The position numbers and the translations under genes were made by a program. Shown piece after piece: positions 62,499-64,000 of a DNA stretch of 64,000 nt. The number at the start of each line of letters is the position of its first letter. Position 1 is the first letter of the stretch. Source of the DNA: Alloascoidea hylecoeti (taxonomy: Eukaryota); assembly GCA_001600815.1 (NCBI GenBank), contig BCKZ01000004.1, positions 496,001-560,000 of the forward strand, in the 5' to 3' direction. The notes below the pieces were generated by a model. The model had not been told where the DNA came from. It did not search any database and saw nothing but the letters and a program-made list of their open reading frames with translations.

Positions 62499-63797
62499 AT
62501 TACGCATAGTAATAGTAATAAAAATGAGAATCATATTTTAACTACTAAATCAAATGAAGAAAAGATAAAAGTACGTGACGATGATGATGATTATGAAGAA
62601 GAAGAAGATGATGATGATGCTAAAACTCTAAGTCAAGAATCAACAACTAATTCAATGACCAATTCTTTAAATAATGATAATGATAATAACAAGGATAATG
62701 AAAATAAACTAGATAAACCATTAATTATATCAATGACTGAAATTGCTCCATCACCAGATGATATCAAAAAAAATGAAGATGCAGCAAAAAGAAGATTTTC
62801 AAAAATTTATCATACTTTTGAAGGTGATAGAGAAACATTATTAAAAAGAAGAAAATTAGAAGAAAGTGATAGACAAATGAATTCTGAATCTTTAGATGGT
62901 GACAATAATGGTAATGGCAATGATAATTCAAAATTTGGTTCAATTAATTTAGGTGCTGCAAATTTAAGTTTAAAACATTTACTTGGTGTTATTGATGAAA
63001 AAAGAGATGATTTAGGATTAACTGATGTTGAATTGAAGAATTTAATTATGGATGTTAGAAAAAATAGATCAAAATGGGTAAGTTTTATATAATAATCATT
63101 TTTCATTTTATTAATTAATTAATTCATTAACAATTATTATAGGCAAGTGATGATAAAATTGGTCAAGAAGAATTATATGAAGCAGCTGAAAAAGTAGTAT
63201 CTGAATTACGTGGTTATACAGAACATTCGACTGCTTTTTTAAATAAAGTTAGTAAAAGAGATGCTCCAAATTATTTTCAAATAATTCAACAACCAATGGA
63301 TTTAAATACAGTTATGAAAAAATTAAAAACTTTTCAATATAAAAGTAAAAAAAAATTTGTTGATGATTTAATGTTGATTTGGAAAAATTGTTTAACTTAT
63401 AATTCTGATCCAAATCATTTTTTAAGAGCTCATGCTATTGCAATGCAAAAAAAAACATTAACCTTAATTCCTTTAATTCCTGATATTATTGTTAGAGATA
63501 GAGCTGAAGTTGAAAAAGAAGCTGCGATGGAAGAAAATATCAAACATGAAGATGATAATTTAACTCCACATCCTGAAGATTCTAAAATTATGCAAAGAAC
63601 ATCAAGAAAGGGCGCTGGTTATAAAAAGCATGCTAAAAAGGGAAGAAAGGGACAAAATGATAATGGGAAAGAAGAACTTTCTAGAGCTGGTAGTGTTCCA
63701 ACAACTTCACAACAGCAACAGCAACAACAACAACAACAACAACAACAACAACTACAACAACAACTACAACAACAACAGCAGCAGCAGCAACAACAGC

Positions 63798-63831
<34 letters not shown>

Positions 63832-64000
63832 GTCTGCAACACAACCAATCATGACAAATGCAACGGGAACACCAGTACCTCCTGAACCAGAAACGCAACG
63901 AGATGAAGTAACTTCACAACATGATGAAACACCCAATGATGATATTCAAGAATTAGATGGTGAACTACAAGCATGGAAAAATCTAACCTCTAAAATACGT
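61710..64000 (+). CDS. SPT7: SAGA subunit Spt7 (5' part, runs off the window); intron 63078-63142
   Basis: [35 protein letters not shown], then bromodomain [27 protein letters not shown]. Confidence 0.92.
63710..63832 (+). repeat. CAA/CAG tract encoding a 41-codon polyQ run with two Leu interruptions in Spt7
   Basis: In frame with the spliced SPT7 exon 2. Confidence 0.9.

Noticed and set aside
63619..63936. Poly-Cys and poly-Asn ORFs
   Set aside because: Other frames of the SPT7 CAA/CAG polyQ tract

Overview
AT-rich eukaryotic DNA from a budding yeast (Saccharomycotina). It is probably an early-diverging, intron-rich lineage: 13 spliceosomal introns can be reconstructed, with degenerate splice signals. 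The window holds about 19 intact genes: HPC2, PRB1, UTP23, RAD6, a PDH kinase, YEF3, a HAD phosphatase, an Mnn2-family mannosyltransferase, MDM1, a GPI-type cell-wall protein, two tandem Set9-like H4K20 methyltransferases, SEC18, YOS9, a sugar-porter MFS, SKI8, SEN1, a membrane-anchored SREBP, UBC4 and the 5' part of SPT7. There is also an intron-containing tRNA-Lys(CUU). The long intergenic blocks hold decayed elements that the ORF track misses: a Tc1-type DD34E transposon with residual inverted repeats, a pogo/Fot1-like DDE remnant, LINE-like RT fragments and a pepsin-fold pseudogene. The most notable observations are (i) the diverged tandem Set9 pair, one copy with active-site substitutions; (ii) self-complementary UBC4 introns with a competing inter-intron helix that could switch exon 2 skipping; and (iii) DNA-transposon and LINE fossils in a yeast. 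All calls come from manual motif recognition; no searches or folding programs were run.
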